NCBI GenBank assembly: GCA_049430665.1
Contig: JBMTCG010000003.1
Span: 28,022-92,021, forward strand
Length of the DNA stretch: 64,000 nucleotides
Direction of reading: 5' to 3'
Source of the DNA: Flavobacteriales bacterium
Lineage (GTDB): Bacteria > Bacteroidota > Bacteroidia > Flavobacteriales_C > GCA-002722245
In this document: positions 38,513 through 48,184 of the stretch, in pieces
How positions within the stretch are numbered: the first letter of the stretch is position 1
Layout: every line of letters begins with the position of its first letter
Made by a program: the position numbers and the translations under genes
The notes under the pieces: model-generated
Database searches by the model: none
Told to the model about the DNA's origin: nothing
Seen by the model: the letters and a program-made list of their open reading frames with translations, nothing else

Positions 38513-41500
38513 ATGAAGAAAGAGTTTAAGTTATTGTATATTACGCACTTGCTTATGAAATGTTTGCATCATAGGCTATTATTTGTGTTGCTGGTTTTTA
38601 TGCTGGCTGCCAATACTGTGTCTTATGCTCAACCAAACCCCAATGCGCCAAGTGCTTCAGAAATCAAGAAAAAACTAAAGGAAGAAGCAAAGCTCAAAGA
38701 AGAAAAGAGAAAGAAAGAGTTGAAAGAGCAAGAAGAAAGAATTGCTCAAAAGAGAAAGGAAGCCAAAGCCAAAGAGGCTCAAATAAAAAAAGAGACCAAA
38801 ATTGCCAAGCAATCGAGGTTGAAAGAGAGAGAGAGAGCCCAAAAAGATTTAGAAGCTAAGATTAAGCGCGATAGAGAGCTTGAGTTGGCTAAAGCCAAAC
38901 AAGCCGTGCAAGAAGAAAAAAGAAAGGCCGATTTGGCACGAAGAGAATTGGCTCAACAAGAAAAGCAAAGAAAGCAGTTGGATGCCGAACGTAAAATACA
39001 AGAGGCCATCAAGGCTTTGCAAGAAAGAGAGAAAGAAGCCGAAAAGAAAAGAGAGGCCGAAGCTTTGGCTAGAAAAGAGAAGCTTTCTAAAAAGGAAGAG
39101 GCTATTAAGAAGCAAGAAGAGAAAGCTTTGGCCGAAGCCGCAAAGCAAGCAGAAAAGCAAAAAAAATATCAAGAATCGAAGAAAAGTAAGTTAAGCGACC
39201 TTAGTGAAGCGCAAAAAGAGGCGGCAGCTCAAAAAGCCAAACAGGAGGCAGAAAGATTAAAAGCCGAAGAGAAAAAGAAAATTGATGCGTCTTTAGCTGC
39301 CGAGAAAGAAAAGGCTCAAATAAGGGCTGAGGAGGCTGAGGTGCAAAGAAAAATTCAGGAGTTTCAAGAAAAGGAAAGACTGGCGCAAGAACAAATTAGA
39401 AAGTTTAAAGAGGAGGCTAAAGCGCGCAGAGAACAAGAAGAAGCTGAGTTTGCTCAAAAGTTGAAGGAAAAACAAGAAGAATTACAACGTCAGAAAGAGA
39501 TTGCCGAATTTAAAGCCAAAAATAAAGACAAAGAGTCCGAATTGGCTAAACAGTTTGAAGAGCAAAAAAAGGCCGAATCAAGTGCAGAAGAGTTGGCGCG
39601 TTTAAAGAAAGAAGCGGCTGAAAAAGCTGAAGCTGAGCGTTTACGCTTATTAAAAGAAGAACAAGAAAAACGTTTGGCCGAAGCGCGTGCATCGGGCAAT
39701 GAGAAGTTGAAATTAGCTGCTGAAGCTGCAGCTAAAGCCGAAAACGATTTGAAAGCAGAGCAAGATAGGGAAATGGCTGCGATGAAGGCGCGTGAGGAAA
39801 AACGCAAAGAAAAAGAAGCGAAAAAATTAGAGGCACTTCGCTTAAAAGAAGAAAAATTATTGGATAAAGAGGGAGGTGATGACGATGATGCGAAGTTGCT
39901 AAAACAAGAAGCGGCAGAGAAAAAGAAAGCCGAATTCGAGAAAAAGAAAGCCGAATTAAAAGCTGAGAAAGAAAAAGAAGAACAAGAGAAGTTGCGTGCA
40001 AAAGAGGCGGCGAAAGTAGATAAGGCTATGGCTGATGCTAAACGAGCAGAACAAATAAAGAAAGAGACCGAAGAAATGTTAAAGTTGGAGGAAGAAGCCC
40101 GACTATTAAAGAAGCAAGCCGACGAGATAAAAAGAGAAGAAGAAAAGAAAAGACAGGAATTACAAGCCAAAGCGAAAGAAGAGGCAAAGAAAAAGGCAGA
40201 AGAGAATACGAAAGTCGCTACTAAAGAAGAGATAGAGTCGGGTAAAAAGAATGCTGAAAAAGACTATAAAGAACGTGCCGATAAAAAAGCTCAGGAGGAG
40301 AAAGCTTTGAAAGAAAAAGATACTGCCAAAAACGCTCAAGAAGAGGCGCGTCTTAGAAAAGAATACGAAAAGAAAATTTTAGAAGAAAAGAAAAAAGCAG
40401 AAGAATTGGCGAAAGCAAAAGATTTTGAAGCCAAAAAACAAAAGTTAAAAGATGATATTGAGCGTCAGAAACAAGAAAATGAAAAAAGTATTGCTGCCGA
40501 AAAAGACAAAACAGTAAAAGAACAACAGCGCTTAGCTAAGGAGCAAGAAGTATTAGCTCTCAAAGAAAAAGAGTTGCAAAAAAAGAAAGAAATTTTGGCT
40601 CAAAAACAAGCCGAGAAGGATAAAGAATTGGCCAAAATAAAAGAAGAGAAAGCTAAAGAAGAGGAAATAAAGTTAGCGGCCAAAAATGAAAGAGAAGCTT
40701 TACAAGCTAAATCTCGTGAATTAAAAGCGCAAAAAGAAAAGGAAAAAGCAGAGGCTTTGGTGGCCGAAGAAAAAGCCAAAACAGAAAAGCTTAAAGCGGA
40801 ATTGAATAAAACAGCCGAAAAACAAAAAGAAGCCGAGATTAAGAATAAAATTCAAACAGAGGCAAAAGAAAAAGTATCTAAAAAGAATCAAGATGATTTG
40901 GTGAAAAAAGCCAAAGAAGATAAACTTAAAAAATTACAAGAGAAGGAAAATAAAGAAACCGAAGAATTGAAAAACAAATTGAAAGTTGAAGATTCTTTGG
41001 CTACTGCCGGACCAAAAAAGAAACTGACTTTTGAGGAGCAAGTGATTAAAGATTACTATGACGGAAAGAAAATAGGCGGATTCAAAAAAGCAGAAAAAGA
41101 AAGAATTCTATTGGCTTACCGAGAGAAACAAGAAATAGCTTTGCAACAGAAAAAAGATTCGATTGCGAACAGGTTGGCTAAAATTAAAGCCGATCAAGCT
41201 AAAGCGTCGCAAGGAGCAATGAATGCTGCTAAAGAGCAAAAGTACATCAACAATAAATTAAAGGAGTTAGAAGAGCAATTGCTTGTAGAAAAAGAAGCCA
41301 AGAATATAGTAGATAATAATTTGAAAAAAATTGAAGAGTCGGGTTTATCTGGAACCAACATCGCGCTTGAGAAAAATATCCTTAAAAAACAATCAGATGA
41401 AAAACAGAAAGAGGTAGAGCGTATTGAAGAAGAGATAGCAAAATTAAAAGGCAGAAAAACGCAATTGGCGAAACAAGAAAAGGGCAAAAAAGAAAGTACC

Positions 41501-44122
41501 AAAAAGAAAAGCGAAGAGCTGGTTAAACAAAGTGAGGAGAGCTTAAAGAAATTAGAAGAGCAAACGGCGGCAACTAAAATTGAATTGCCATCGGAAAGAA
41601 AGGCTCGTTTGAAAAGAGAAAAAGAAGAAGCGAAATTGAAATTGCTAGAGGCTAAACTTAAAGAGCAAGAATTGGCCAAAGAAAAACAAAAAAGCAAAGA
41701 AGAGAAATTAAAAGAATTGCAAGCCAAAGAAGAGCAATTTGCTAAAGAATTGGCTGAAAAGAAAAAGAAAATTGAAGAAGATAAAGCGGCACTTAAAGCG
41801 CAAAAGGAGCAAGATAAATTGTTGGCCGAAGAAAAAGCCATCAAAGCTAAAGAAGCGAAAAAAATTAAAGCAGTTAAAACAGAAAATAAAGTAGATACTG
41901 TTGATGAAGAGTTGGTGAAAAGAGAGAAAGAATTTGAAGCTAAAAAAGCAAAAGAATTAGAGAAATTAAATGCACAGGATGGTGCCATAGACAAAAAGAT
42001 TTCAAAGGAAGAATTGCGTATTCAAGATTTAAAACAAAAAATTGCTGCCGCCGAACTGAAATTAAAAAATGGTAGCGATGCCAAAGATGAGTATGAGAAA
42101 TCATTGGTGAAATTAGAGTATTCAGCCTCTGTTGATGATGAAATAGAGAAGTCGAAATTGAAAAGAAAAGTGGCCGAAAAATCAATTGAAGTTCAGCAAT
42201 CTGTTGAAGAGTTGAAAAGATTAAGAGCCGAATTGGCTAAAGAAGAAAATGGAGGTTCTTCAACTACTTTGGCGAATGCAAAAAGTTCTGATGCAATAGC
42301 CAAAGAGAATGAAGCGAAAGCTGTTGAGGAAGAAAAAAGAAAACAAAAGGAGAATGATGCTTTAGCAGCAGCCAATGCCAAAGCTAAAAATGAAGCCGAG
42401 AAGAAAAGATTGGCGATGGCCGAAAAGGATAGAATAGAAAAGATAAACAAACAAAAAGAATTGGCTAAAGCTGAGTTGGAAAAAACGAAAAAAGAACTTT
42501 CTGATAAGCAGAAGGCAAGCGCTACCAACTTCGAAAAAGACAAAATGCTTTTAGAAAATGAGCGCAAAGAATTGGCTTTAAAAGAGAAGAGAGAAGAGTT
42601 GTTGAAACAAGAACAAGAGAAATTAATTGCCGAAGAAGAAAGAATAAAAAAAGAGAAAGAAATAGCAATTAGCGAAGCCAAAAAAACAGCCGATTTACAA
42701 GAACTAAAAAAACAACAAGAGCTAGAGCGCATTAGAAAAGAAAATGAAGTGAAAGAGAGAATGATGGCCGAGAAACGCTTTAAAGCCGAGTTGGAGAGAG
42801 AGCGTTCGGAAAGAGAAAGATCATTGCGCGATTCGGTATTGAAATCTCAAAAAAGAGCAGATGCTTTGCATGCGCAAAACAAATCGAAATTCGATTCATT
42901 GGCCATGAAAACATTTGAGCAAAATAAAAAAATGCAAGATGAATACACTTTATTGAAATTGAAAAGAGATCAAGATATTTTAAAGCAACAACAAGAGTTA
43001 CAAAAACAGAAAGAAGAGGCTTTAAAAAATAAAAACAATAAGGTTGCGGTGAGTGAAGAGGCTAGAAAAGCTCAAGAAGCGCGTTTGAAGTATGAGGAGG
43101 AATTAAGAAACAATAAAAAGTTAGAAACGCGCACTGCGCAAATGAAAGAAGAAGCTCGACGCAAAGAAATGATGGAGCAGCAAAGAATGAAAACGATAGA
43201 GCGTGAGCGAATGATGATGGCTAAACAAAAAGCAAGAGAGGATTCTATTAATGCTGCTTTAGCATCTAAAGCCGACCGACAAAAGCCTTTACAAGCACAA
43301 ATTGCAGCTAAAACAAATCAGAAAGTTGTTTTAGAGCAAGAGATTAGCGGACTCAAAGACAAAGAGGTTTTGGTGTTGCAAGGCTATGTGAAAGAAAATG
43401 CGAGCTCTAAACAATTGCAATATGAAGCCAATCAAAAAGTAGGCGTAGAGAAATTAAAAAAATCTACCGCTGCATTATTGTCGGAAAAAAAAGCTTTAGA
43501 ATCGAAATTAAAAGCCAAAGAGAATTATCAAACGCGTTTAGAGAAACAAGAAGAACTTAATAAAATCCGTCAGGAATTAAATGTTTTACAAAAACAATTG
43601 GAAAGCACCAATGTGAAAATTGATACCAATGTGATTAATGCTTCTTTGCAAATTCAATATCAAAATATTATACAATCGAGAGAGAAAATTAAACAAGAAA
43701 TTGATGCTTTAGAAAAAGAAATAAAAGTAAAAGAAGACGAATACAACAACGAACTCACTTTATTGAAACAGGAAGAAGAAAAACAGAAAAAGATTGATGC
43801 ATCTAAAAAGGCCCCTATTCGAAATGTTAAAGATTTAAATGTGCAAATGGAGGCTTACCAAAAGGAGTTGAAAAATGCTGTTAGTCCCGAACAAAAAGCT
43901 AAAATTTACAAAGGCATAAAGGAACTTGAAAAAGCTTATCCAGAAGGAGTGTACGAGGAGTTGATTACCGAATCGAATAGAACAGTGAAAAGAATTGTAG
44001 TGAGCAAAGCAGGTAAAGTGTCTATCTACAAAATGATAGTGTATAATTGGGGTGGAACCTTTTTCTTTAAAGATGATAATACGATTACCAAACAGGTGTT
44101 CGATAGAGAGACAACGTACTAA
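38513..44122 (+). CDS. giant (1869 aa) secreted E/K/A/R/Q-rich predicted single-alpha-helix / coiled-coil rod protein with small C-terminal globular domain
   Basis: Uninterrupted 5.6-kb ORF in an AT-rich genome. N-terminal hydrophobic signal-like segment (LLFVLLVFMLAANTVSYA|QP). About 1700 aa of highly charged low-complexity helix-former sequence (EEKRKKELKEQEERIAQKRKEAKAKE...). Last ~110 aa non-repetitive (…VKRIVVSKAGKVSIYKMIVYNWGGTFFFKDD…). Confidence 0.7.
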   Translation: MKKEFKLLYITHLLMKCLHHRLLFVLLVFMLAANTVSYAQPNPNAPSASEIKKKLKEEAKLKEEKRKKELKEQEERIAQKRKEAKAKEAQIKKETKIAKQSRLKERERAQKDLEAKIKRDRELELAKAKQAVQEEKRKADLARRELAQQEKQRKQLDAERKIQEAIKALQEREKEAEKKREAEALARKEKLSKKEEAIKKQEEKALAEAAKQAEKQKKYQESKKSKLSDLSEAQKEAAAQKAKQEAERLKAEEKKKIDASLAAEKEKAQIRAEEAEVQRKIQEFQEKERLAQEQIRKFKEEAKARREQEEAEFAQKLKEKQEELQRQKEIAEFKAKNKDKESELAKQFEEQKKAESSAEELARLKKEAAEKAEAERLRLLKEEQEKRLAEARASGNEKLKLAAEAAAKAENDLKAEQDREMAAMKAREEKRKEKEAKKLEALRLKEEKLLDKEGGDDDDAKLLKQEAAEKKKAEFEKKKAELKAEKEKEEQEKLRAKEAAKVDKAMADAKRAEQIKKETEEMLKLEEEARLLKKQADEIKREEEKKRQELQAKAKEEAKKKAEENTKVATKEEIESGKKNAEKDYKERADKKAQEEKALKEKDTAKNAQEEARLRKEYEKKILEEKKKAEELAKAKDFEAKKQKLKDDIERQKQENEKSIAAEKDKTVKEQQRLAKEQEVLALKEKELQKKKEILAQKQAEKDKELAKIKEEKAKEEEIKLAAKNEREALQAKSRELKAQKEKEKAEALVAEEKAKTEKLKAELNKTAEKQKEAEIKNKIQTEAKEKVSKKNQDDLVKKAKEDKLKKLQEKENKETEELKNKLKVEDSLATAGPKKKLTFEEQVIKDYYDGKKIGGFKKAEKERILLAYREKQEIALQQKKDSIANRLAKIKADQAKASQGAMNAAKEQKYINNKLKELEEQLLVEKEAKNIVDNNLKKIEESGLSGTNIALEKNILKKQSDEKQKEVERIEEEIAKLKGRKTQLAKQEKGKKESTKKKSEELVKQSEESLKKLEEQTAATKIELPSERKARLKREKEEAKLKLLEAKLKEQELAKEKQKSKEEKLKELQAKEEQFAKELAEKKKKIEEDKAALKAQKEQDKLLAEEKAIKAKEAKKIKAVKTENKVDTVDEELVKREKEFEAKKAKELEKLNAQDGAIDKKISKEELRIQDLKQKIAAAELKLKNGSDAKDEYEKSLVKLEYSASVDDEIEKSKLKRKVAEKSIEVQQSVEELKRLRAELAKEENGGSSTTLANAKSSDAIAKENEAKAVEEEKRKQKENDALAAANAKAKNEAEKKRLAMAEKDRIEKINKQKELAKAELEKTKKELSDKQKASATNFEKDKMLLENERKELALKEKREELLKQEQEKLIAEEERIKKEKEIAISEAKKTADLQELKKQQELERIRKENEVKERMMAEKRFKAELERERSERERSLRDSVLKSQKRADALHAQNKSKFDSLAMKTFEQNKKMQDEYTLLKLKRDQDILKQQQELQKQKEEALKNKNNKVAVSEEARKAQEARLKYEEELRNNKKLETRTAQMKEEARRKEMMEQQRMKTIERERMMMAKQKAREDSINAALASKADRQKPLQAQIAAKTNQKVVLEQEISGLKDKEVLVLQGYVKENASSKQLQYEANQKVGVEKLKKSTAALLSEKKALESKLKAKENYQTRLEKQEELNKIRQELNVLQKQLESTNVKIDTNVINASLQIQYQNIIQSREKIKQEIDALEKEIKVKEDEYNNELTLLKQEEEKQKKIDASKKAPIRNVKDLNVQMEAYQKELKNAVSPEQKAKIYKGIKELEKAYPEGVYEELITESNRTVKRIVVSKAGKVSIYKMIVYNWGGTFFFKDDNTITKQVFDRETTY
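38640..43800 (+). repeat. purine-rich low-complexity coding repeat region (GAA/AAA/GCN-dominated) inside the giant ORF
   Basis: Seen directly: long runs of aaagaag / gaaaaag / gccgaa units. These generate spurious S/F/L/A-rich antisense ORFs in the six-frame track. Confidence 0.5.
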
Positions 44123-45159
44123 TGTTTTCTTTTAATTTTATTGCTACTTGTTCTTTCCAATTTATCTACATGCACTATCTCTTTAATTTGCTCGAATTTA
44201 TGGAGTTCTTGATTCACTTTTTCTAGAGAAATTTCTTCTTCCCCTTCTACAATTAAAATTAGTTTATTAATTAGTTTATCATCGGGAATGGAGCTCACAA
44301 TGAAGTCAGAGGCAATGTGTTTTTTGATTTTTTGTTCTATGCTTTCAGGATTTATTTTAACTCCTCCTGAGTTGATGATGTTGTCGAATCTGCCTCTCCA
44401 TTCAAATGAAAATTTATCGATGAGTGTTACGCAATCGTTGGTGTAAATAGCATTCGCATCTAGCGATGGTGCGAAAATAATGAGGCAATTGTTGTCGTTA
44501 ACACCAAAATGAATTCCTTCGAGTGCTTTGTAGTACTGTTGATGGTGCGGCCAAATTTGTTTAACCGCAATATGACTTACAGTTTCTGTCATTCCAAAAG
44601 TTTGAAATACTTCTGTTTTTACTTCTTTTAATAAAGAATGCAAGCTTTCATTGATTTCCCCTCCGCCTATAATGACTTTTTTTATCCTGTTGAATTTTGA
44701 TTTTTCAGATGAACTCAAAATTTCAAAAACTTGATTGGGTACAAAGGCGGCAAAATCCAAATCGACATCGATATTTTTTAGTGGATTTGATAGGGGTTCG
44801 GTGATAAATAAATTCCAACGATTTACTGCGCTTCGCGCTATCATCATTTTTCCCGCAATAAAATCGGTAGATAGACATAATAAAGCTTTTGTGCCTTCTT
44901 TAATTGCAAAGGTTTGTGCCGTTAAAAGTGCGCTGTTTTTTATTTTGTTTTTTGGAATGGTAAATAGTTTTGCTTTTCCCGTTGTGCCCGAGCTATGCGC
45001 TACTATAGAGTCATTGCTGTTTAGCCACTGTGTTGTGAATTCTGCGACTTTTCTTATCCATTCTTCATTGCTGCCTTTAAGTGTTTCGCAGTAGCTGCAT
45101 ATTTCAGCGTCGCTTTGGCTAGAGAAATCGAGATTAATATATTTTAAATTTGAATTCAC
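44119..45159 (-). CDS. menE: AMP-dependent synthetase/ligase, short form (O-succinylbenzoate-CoA ligase-like)
   Basis: 346 aa. ANL motifs SSGTTGKAK (P-loop), FGMTET, GGVKI, C-terminal KIKRK. The size matches the short Bacteroidetes MenE. Confidence 0.6.
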   Translation of the reverse strand: MNSNLKYINLDFSSQSDAEICSYCETLKGSNEEWIRKVAEFTTQWLNSNDSIVAHSSGTTGKAKLFTIPKNKIKNSALLTAQTFAIKEGTKALLCLSTDFIAGKMMIARSAVNRWNLFITEPLSNPLKNIDVDLDFAAFVPNQVFEILSSSEKSKFNRIKKVIIGGGEINESLHSLLKEVKTEVFQTFGMTETVSHIAVKQIWPHHQQYYKALEGIHFGVNDNNCLIIFAPSLDANAIYTNDCVTLIDKFSFEWRGRFDNIINSGGVKINPESIEQKIKKHIASDFIVSSIPDDKLINKLILIVEGEEEISLEKVNQELHKFEQIKEIVHVDKLERTSSNKIKRKH

Positions 45160-45195
45160 AGTAGCAAAGGTATTAAAAGTTATCTTTGCCCCGCC

Positions 45196-47466
45196 ATGCT
45201 AAAAACCAGCCGAATCATATTGCTTTTTTTGTCAATAAGCACTGTGTTTTTCACTTATTTGGTGCTTACAAGTGTGAAGGTTGATTATCGCTATGAGAAT
45301 TTCTTTCCGAAAGGAGATGCAGAACTCGACTACTTTCAAAAATTTAGCAAAGAGTTTGGAAGTGATAACGATTTTTTAATTATTGGACTCGAAAACAAAG
45401 CAGGAGTCTTCAATCAGAAGTTTTTACAAAATGTGAGTGCGCTTTCTGATTCTCTCGCTTTGCTGGCAAGCGTTACCGAAGTTATTTCCCCTACAAGAAA
45501 GTTGAGTTATATAAAGGCTGGTGATTTTGGTGATATTAATGAGTTTCCTTATTTACATCATAATGATCCCGAATTCTATCAAAAAGATTCCTTGCGAATA
45601 TTTAACAATCCTCAACTAGTTGGTACTTTCTTTTCTAAAGATAGGAAGGCTGTTTGTATTTATGTTAAAACAAAAGATAGATTGGCTAAAAAACCTTCAG
45701 ATAGATTGCTGAAAGATATAGATAGATTGCAGCAAAAAATACCATTTGATGAATTTCATTCTGTTTCTAGAATTCGCGGTCAATCCTATGCAATAAAGGT
45801 TTTGGGTAAGGAGCTTTCGCTATTTATTAGTGCATCTATACTCATGTTGATTGTGGTATTGTGGTTTTCTTTTCGTTCAACTTTGGGTGTTGTAGTGCCT
45901 CTAATTACAGTGTTGGTTTCTTTAGTTTGGACTTTAGCTGTAATGTATTTTATGGGTAAGGATTTAAATGTGCTTACTTCCTTGTTGCCTACAATGGTGT
46001 TTATTGTTGGTATGTCGGATGTGGTTCATATACTCACCAATTACATCGAGGAATTACGAAATGGAAAAAGTAAGGAGGAAGCCATTAGAATTACCATTAA
46101 AGAGGTGGGATTTGCCACCTTTTTAACTTGTGTTTCTACCGCTATTGGGTTCTTTACTTTAATGACTGCAAATATTGAACTAATTCAAGATTTCGGACTC
46201 TACTGCGGTATTGGGGTTATTATCGCTTATTTGATGTCTTTTCTGCTGTTGCCTAGTGTTTTAATGAACGTTAAAACGCCTAAAATTGTTTTGCGTAAGG
46301 GTAACGATGCGCTTTGGCAGAAAGCATTACGCACTACCTTGTTGTGGACCATTAAATACCCTAAGCGAATATTACTTATTAGTGGAATAGTAACAGCTTT
46401 GAGTGTGGTTGCTATGTTGAACATTAAAATAGACAATTACTTATTGGAGGATTTTTCAGATAGCGATCCTCTAAAGCAAGATTTCGATTATTTTGAAGAA
46501 AAATTTGGCGGTGCCCGTCCGCTAGAAGTTGTTTTAGATCTAAAAGACTCTAGCGCTAGCGCATTCGACTACGAAGTATTGGTTGCTATAGATAGCGTTG
46601 AAAAGTACTTGGCTAAGAACTATCAATTAACCAACATTACATCACCTCTTTCCTTTATAAAAGAAGCCAATAAAGCTCAACACTCTGCAAGTCAGAAATT
46701 TTACAATTTACCTGATTCTAAAGAGAAATATTTGGCTCTTAAAGAGAAACTTGATGTTTTTGGAGCCTTCGAAAAAACAGAAGAAATTCTTAAAAATTAT
46801 ATTTCTAGAGACGGTCATTCGCTTAGAATTAGTGCAAAGATGCCAGATTTAGGTGGTCGAAAAATGAAGAAGCTCAATAGCGATTTTTACCATTTCGCTG
46901 CGAAGAATATCGATTCAAAATTACTTACTGTTCACTTAACAGGAACAGTGCACTTAATTGACTTAAACAATGAATATTTATCAAAAAATATGATAAATGG
47001 ATTGTGGCTTTCGGTAGCATTTATTGCTTTGATTGTAGGCTGGCAATTTAGAAGTATTAGAATGATCATTATTTGTATTATTCCTAACATCATCCCTGGC
47101 TTTGTAGTGGCTGGTTTTATGGGGGTTGCCGACATCAACCTACGCATTTCTACTTCCATTATTTTTTCCATAGCTTTTGGTATCGCGGTAGATGATACTA
47201 TACATATTATGAGTAGGCTAAAACAAGAAAGAAACAAAGGAAAATCTTTTTTATATGCGTTAAAACGAACCTATTTATCTACTGGTAAAGCGGTGGTGGT
47301 AACTTCTGTTATCTTGTCGTGCGGATTTTTAACGCTTTTGCTATCGAATTTTAACAGCACTTTTTATGTAGGGTTGTTAGTAGGCCTTACGCTATTGATT
47401 GCAATTATATGTGAAATGCTGCTGTTGCCAGTACTTCTTATTTATTTTTACAAGGACAAAAAGTAA
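45196..47466 (+). CDS. MMPL/RND-superfamily transporter (two 6-TM bundles with periplasmic loops, SSD-like)
   Basis: 756 aa. N-terminal TM, large loop, 5 TM (…GMSDVVHIL…), second large loop, 5-6 TM (…AFGIAVDDTIHIM…). Duplicated RND/MMPL topology. Confidence 0.7.
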   Translation: MLKTSRIILLFLSISTVFFTYLVLTSVKVDYRYENFFPKGDAELDYFQKFSKEFGSDNDFLIIGLENKAGVFNQKFLQNVSALSDSLALLASVTEVISPTRKLSYIKAGDFGDINEFPYLHHNDPEFYQKDSLRIFNNPQLVGTFFSKDRKAVCIYVKTKDRLAKKPSDRLLKDIDRLQQKIPFDEFHSVSRIRGQSYAIKVLGKELSLFISASILMLIVVLWFSFRSTLGVVVPLITVLVSLVWTLAVMYFMGKDLNVLTSLLPTMVFIVGMSDVVHILTNYIEELRNGKSKEEAIRITIKEVGFATFLTCVSTAIGFFTLMTANIELIQDFGLYCGIGVIIAYLMSFLLLPSVLMNVKTPKIVLRKGNDALWQKALRTTLLWTIKYPKRILLISGIVTALSVVAMLNIKIDNYLLEDFSDSDPLKQDFDYFEEKFGGARPLEVVLDLKDSSASAFDYEVLVAIDSVEKYLAKNYQLTNITSPLSFIKEANKAQHSASQKFYNLPDSKEKYLALKEKLDVFGAFEKTEEILKNYISRDGHSLRISAKMPDLGGRKMKKLNSDFYHFAAKNIDSKLLTVHLTGTVHLIDLNNEYLSKNMINGLWLSVAFIALIVGWQFRSIRMIIICIIPNIIPGFVVAGFMGVADINLRISTSIIFSIAFGIAVDDTIHIMSRLKQERNKGKSFLYALKRTYLSTGKAVVVTSVILSCGFLTLLLSNFNSTFYVGLLVGLTLLIAIICEMLLLPVLLIYFYKDKK

Positions 47467-47620
47467 ATTCCCTTTACTATCAAGTGTTTGAGAATGAATT
47501 TCATCCAGCATTATTAACAATTGAAACTAAAGTTGTTGAAAAATTTGCTTGGTATGCGTTTTTACCTTTAAATTTGACTGCGCAAAGTGAGGGACTTTGC
47601 CTTAACCTTAGTAAAACAAC

Positions 47621-48109
47621 ATGAATCAAACTGAAGCTCAAAAAATCATCAAAGATACTGAGTATCTAAACAACAGGATTTTGTCTTTTGATAATCCTAA
47701 AGCAACTTCTGGCGGACGTCAATACTGCAGAGTAATTGATAAAAAGTATTTGTTTTCTAGTACCGATGAGAAAAATAAACAGGGTGCTGTGAAAATTCGT
47801 TTTAAAGATGTGATGACCGGACAAGAGTTTATGGAGCAGTTGACTGCCGTGGCTCGTCAGTTCACGAAAAAGGTTGTAGAGGAGACAGATGATGTGAAAA
47901 CTAATCTATTGGCTGTTTTGGCAGATGAGACCGAGCCTGTTAAATCTTTGGAATGGGTAATGACTCAGTTTAAAGCTAAAGCACCTAAAGTGTTTGCTCA
48001 AAATAAAGATAAAGTAGAAAATTACTTAATGGAGTTGTGGTTGGAAAGTAAAATCACAAGATCTACTTTCAAATCTAAAAACCTTACGGTTTATGCTTTG
48101 AAGAAGTAA
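47621..48109 (+). CDS. hypothetical cytoplasmic protein, unknown function
   Basis: 162-aa ORF, no signal peptide, no recognisable motif. Followed by a strong terminator. Confidence 0.45.
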   Translation: MNQTEAQKIIKDTEYLNNRILSFDNPKATSGGRQYCRVIDKKYLFSSTDEKNKQGAVKIRFKDVMTGQEFMEQLTAVARQFTKKVVEETDDVKTNLLAVLADETEPVKSLEWVMTQFKAKAPKVFAQNKDKVENYLMELWLESKITRSTFKSKNLTVYALKK

Positions 48110-48128
48110 TTTCAAATAAGAATTAAAT

Positions 48129-48163
48129 AAAAAACCTTCCGTCTACCAACGGAAGGTTTTTTT
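48129..48163. terminator. bidirectional rho-independent terminator (A6 - ccttccgt/acggaagg hairpin - T7)
   Basis: Perfect 8-bp stem with 6-nt loop, T7 tail on + and A-run on the other side. Lies between convergent ORF 47621..48109 and relA. Confidence 0.7.
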
Positions 48164-48184
48164 ATTTCGCAATGTGCAAATACA

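Noticed and set aside
38849-42732. Several long minus-strand ORFs (38849..39172, 39490..40170, 39732..40001, 41194..41994, 42193..42732), S/F/L/A-rich, plus + strand 38880..39194, inside the giant gene
   Set aside because: They are the reverse complement or alternative frame of a GAA/AAA/GCN-dominated coding repeat (TTC/TTT/NGC). They have no starts in sensible context and their composition mirrors the sense strand, so they are frame artefacts of low-complexity sequence.
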